DNA from: Patulibacter sp. | GTDB lineage: Bacteria > Actinomycetota > Thermoleophilia > Solirubrobacterales > Solirubrobacteraceae | Length of the DNA stretch: 37,425 bases | Direction: 5' to 3' | Assembly: GCA_041648495.1 (NCBI GenBank) | Contig: JBAZOW010000001.1 | Location: 1-37,425, forward strand | In this document: in pieces, positions 35,909 through 37,425 of the stretch | Numbering within the stretch: the stretch's first letter is position 1 | How the letters are laid out: the number at the start of each line of letters is the position of its first letter | Notes under the pieces: generated by a model | What the model was told of the DNA's origin: nothing | What the model saw: only the letters and a program-made list of their open reading frames with translations | Databases searched by the model: none | Made by a program: the position numbers and the translations under genes

Positions 35909-37425
35909 CTACTTCCTGGCCGGCTTGACCGTGACCGTGCGGGTCACCGTCTTGGCCGGGCCCGTCTTCGGCGCGAAGCGGACCTGAACCCGGACCTCGA
36001 CCTTGCGGCCGCTCGCGAGCGCGCGGACGCTGGTGCGGTTCAGCCGCGCCGAGACCGTCGCCGTGTCCGCCGCGCGGATCGTGCGCGTGGTCGTCGCCAG
36101 TCCGCGGCCGCTCGCCCGCAGGGTCCCCGCACCGATCCCGGCCACCCGGACGCTCACGCTCTTCCGGGTGCTGCTGATGCTGCTGATCCCGAAGCGGCAG
36201 CCCGGAGCGGTCGCCCGGAACGCCGCGGCGTGGTTGCCCCCGGTGTGCCCCTCGTAGGACGCGCGGGTCGTCTTCTGCTGCGCGCAGACGCCGTTCGCCG
36301 TCTGCAGCACCGCGCCGTCGCCCGACTTCAGGCTGATCCGCACCCGGTTGACGGGCGCGTCGGGCACGTCGCTGAACGTCGCCTCCAGCAGCTGCGGCCG
36401 CTTCGCCGTCACCGACGACGTCGCGCGCAGGTCCAACGGCACGCCCTCGCCGTCGAGCTTGATGTACAGCCCCGGCAACGTCGCGATCGTGCGACCGTTG
36501 ACCCTCCGCTCACCGCGCACGAAGTAGATCGGCCCCGTCAGCGGCTCGTGCAGCGCGGGGGTCTCGACCACGGCCGAGCCGATCCGCGTGCTCTCCGGGC
36601 ACGACCGCGCCGCCGCCTGCGCCGGCTCGCACAGCGCCCCGGGCTTGTTCGAGTTGGTCGTGTTCAGCGCCAGGCTCGGCGGCAGCGTCACCTTGACCTG
36701 CTGCAGCCCGGACTGTCCGGGCCCGAGCGTCAACTCGGCCTCGATCCCGGGCGCGCCCTTCTTCCCCAGCTGCTTGGCGTCGCCGGTGATCTCCATCTTC
36801 AGCGACGGCTTCAACGGCACTCGATCGCACCCCTGCGCCTGGTACCGCACCGCCGGATGCGCGACCGCGCCGGCGACGCTCGACAGCGCTCCGCTGACCT
36901 GCATCGGCTGGCAGCTGGTGGCGTTGAACATGAAGCCCGGCCGGTCCATCGCGATCTGGACGCGCTGCAGATGCAGCGGCACTCCACCCACGATCTTCGG
37001 CAGCGGATCCGACGTCACCGACGCCCGTGCGGCGTTGGCGTCGACGTTCAGCCGCGCCCGGACCACGACCGTGCCGAGGTCGAACGGACCGGCCTTCGCC
37101 GGCACGACGATCGACAGGCCGAACGGTGCCCCGCCGTACGGGCCGGTCAGGAACACCTGGCCGTCGAGCGCGTACGGCGCGGAGCCCGTGCCCGCGGCGA
37201 CCGTCACCGCGCCGACCCGGGACGACGCGTCGCACGTCCCCGCCGCCGCAGCAGCCGCGGGGCACAGCGGCACGCTGCCCAGCGCCCCGAGCAGGCCCGA
37301 CGGCAGCTCGACGCCGATCCGCGAGAGATCCTGGTCGCCGTCGGCCCGCGCCACCGTCACCGAGAACGGCGAGAAGCCGCCCGCGAACGGGTTGGCGGTG
37401 CCCGCCGTCAGCACGGGACTGAAGC
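35909..37425 (-). CDS. C-terminal part of a large beta-rich, Cys-containing (probably secreted) protein; 5' end outside the window
   Basis: Open frame to the window edge; two related modules (LPxxL...C...CxxSxRxG...LxGxxY/F) and a basic C-terminal beta domain. Resembles, from recall, large uncharacterised Solirubrobacterales proteins. Confidence 0.8.
   Translation of the reverse strand, partial: FSPVLTAGTANPFAGGFSPFSVTVARADGDQDLSRIGVELPSGLLGALGSVPLCPAAAAAAGTCDASSRVGAVTVAAGTGSAPYALDGQVFLTGPYGGAPFGLSIVVPAKAGPFDLGTVVVRARLNVDANAARASVTSDPLPKIVGGVPLHLQRVQIAMDRPGFMFNATSCQPMQVSGALSSVAGAVAHPAVRYQAQGCDRVPLKPSLKMEITGDAKQLGKKGAPGIEAELTLGPGQSGLQQVKVTLPPSLALNTTNSNKPGALCEPAQAAARSCPESTRIGSAVVETPALHEPLTGPIYFVRGERRVNGRTIATLPGLYIKLDGEGVPLDLRATSSVTAKRPQLLEATFSDVPDAPVNRVRISLKSGDGAVLQTANGVCAQQKTTRASYEGHTGGNHAAAFRATAPGCRFGISSISSTRKSVSVRVAGIGAGTLRASGRGLATTTRTIRAADTATVSARLNRTSVRALASGRKVEVRVQVRFAPKTGPAKTVTRTVTVKPARK

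Overview
Very GC-rich bacterial chromosomal window. Gene content and protein style suggest Actinomycetota, class Thermoleophilia/Solirubrobacterales (Patulibacter/Conexibacter-like); this taxonomy is an inference. Left to right: a partial GT2 glycosyltransferase, an SDR, a left-handed beta-helix acetyltransferase and purA; a replication/ribosome block (rpsF-ssb-[GNAT in place of rpsR]-rplI-dnaB-DnaC-like AAA+ ATPase); an OmpR-type two-component pair followed by otsA; an envelope cluster (M28/Gaa1-like membrane protein, class A PBP, PIG-V-like GT-C mannosyltransferase, CPBP protease, L,D-transpeptidase) interleaved with thiL and infA; pyrE and glycerate kinase; a Fic gene and tRNA-Arg(CCT); a TetR-controlled aromatic catabolic operon; an XRE regulator; a secreted fibre-like protein with a degenerate peptidase-S74 domain; a DUF2520 reductase, a lipoprotein, a hypothetical protein and the 3' part of a large secreted protein. 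No integrase, transposase or CRISPR-Cas was seen. Best leads: a possible GPI-like glycolipid/protein-anchoring module (Gaa1-like + PIG-V-like + CPBP), a dnaB-coupled DnaC-like loader whose 3' end is exactly duplicated (31 bp), displacement of rpsR by an AAC(6')-like GNAT, and a catalytically altered S74 chaperone domain. All family calls come from motif recognition by eye; no database search was run.
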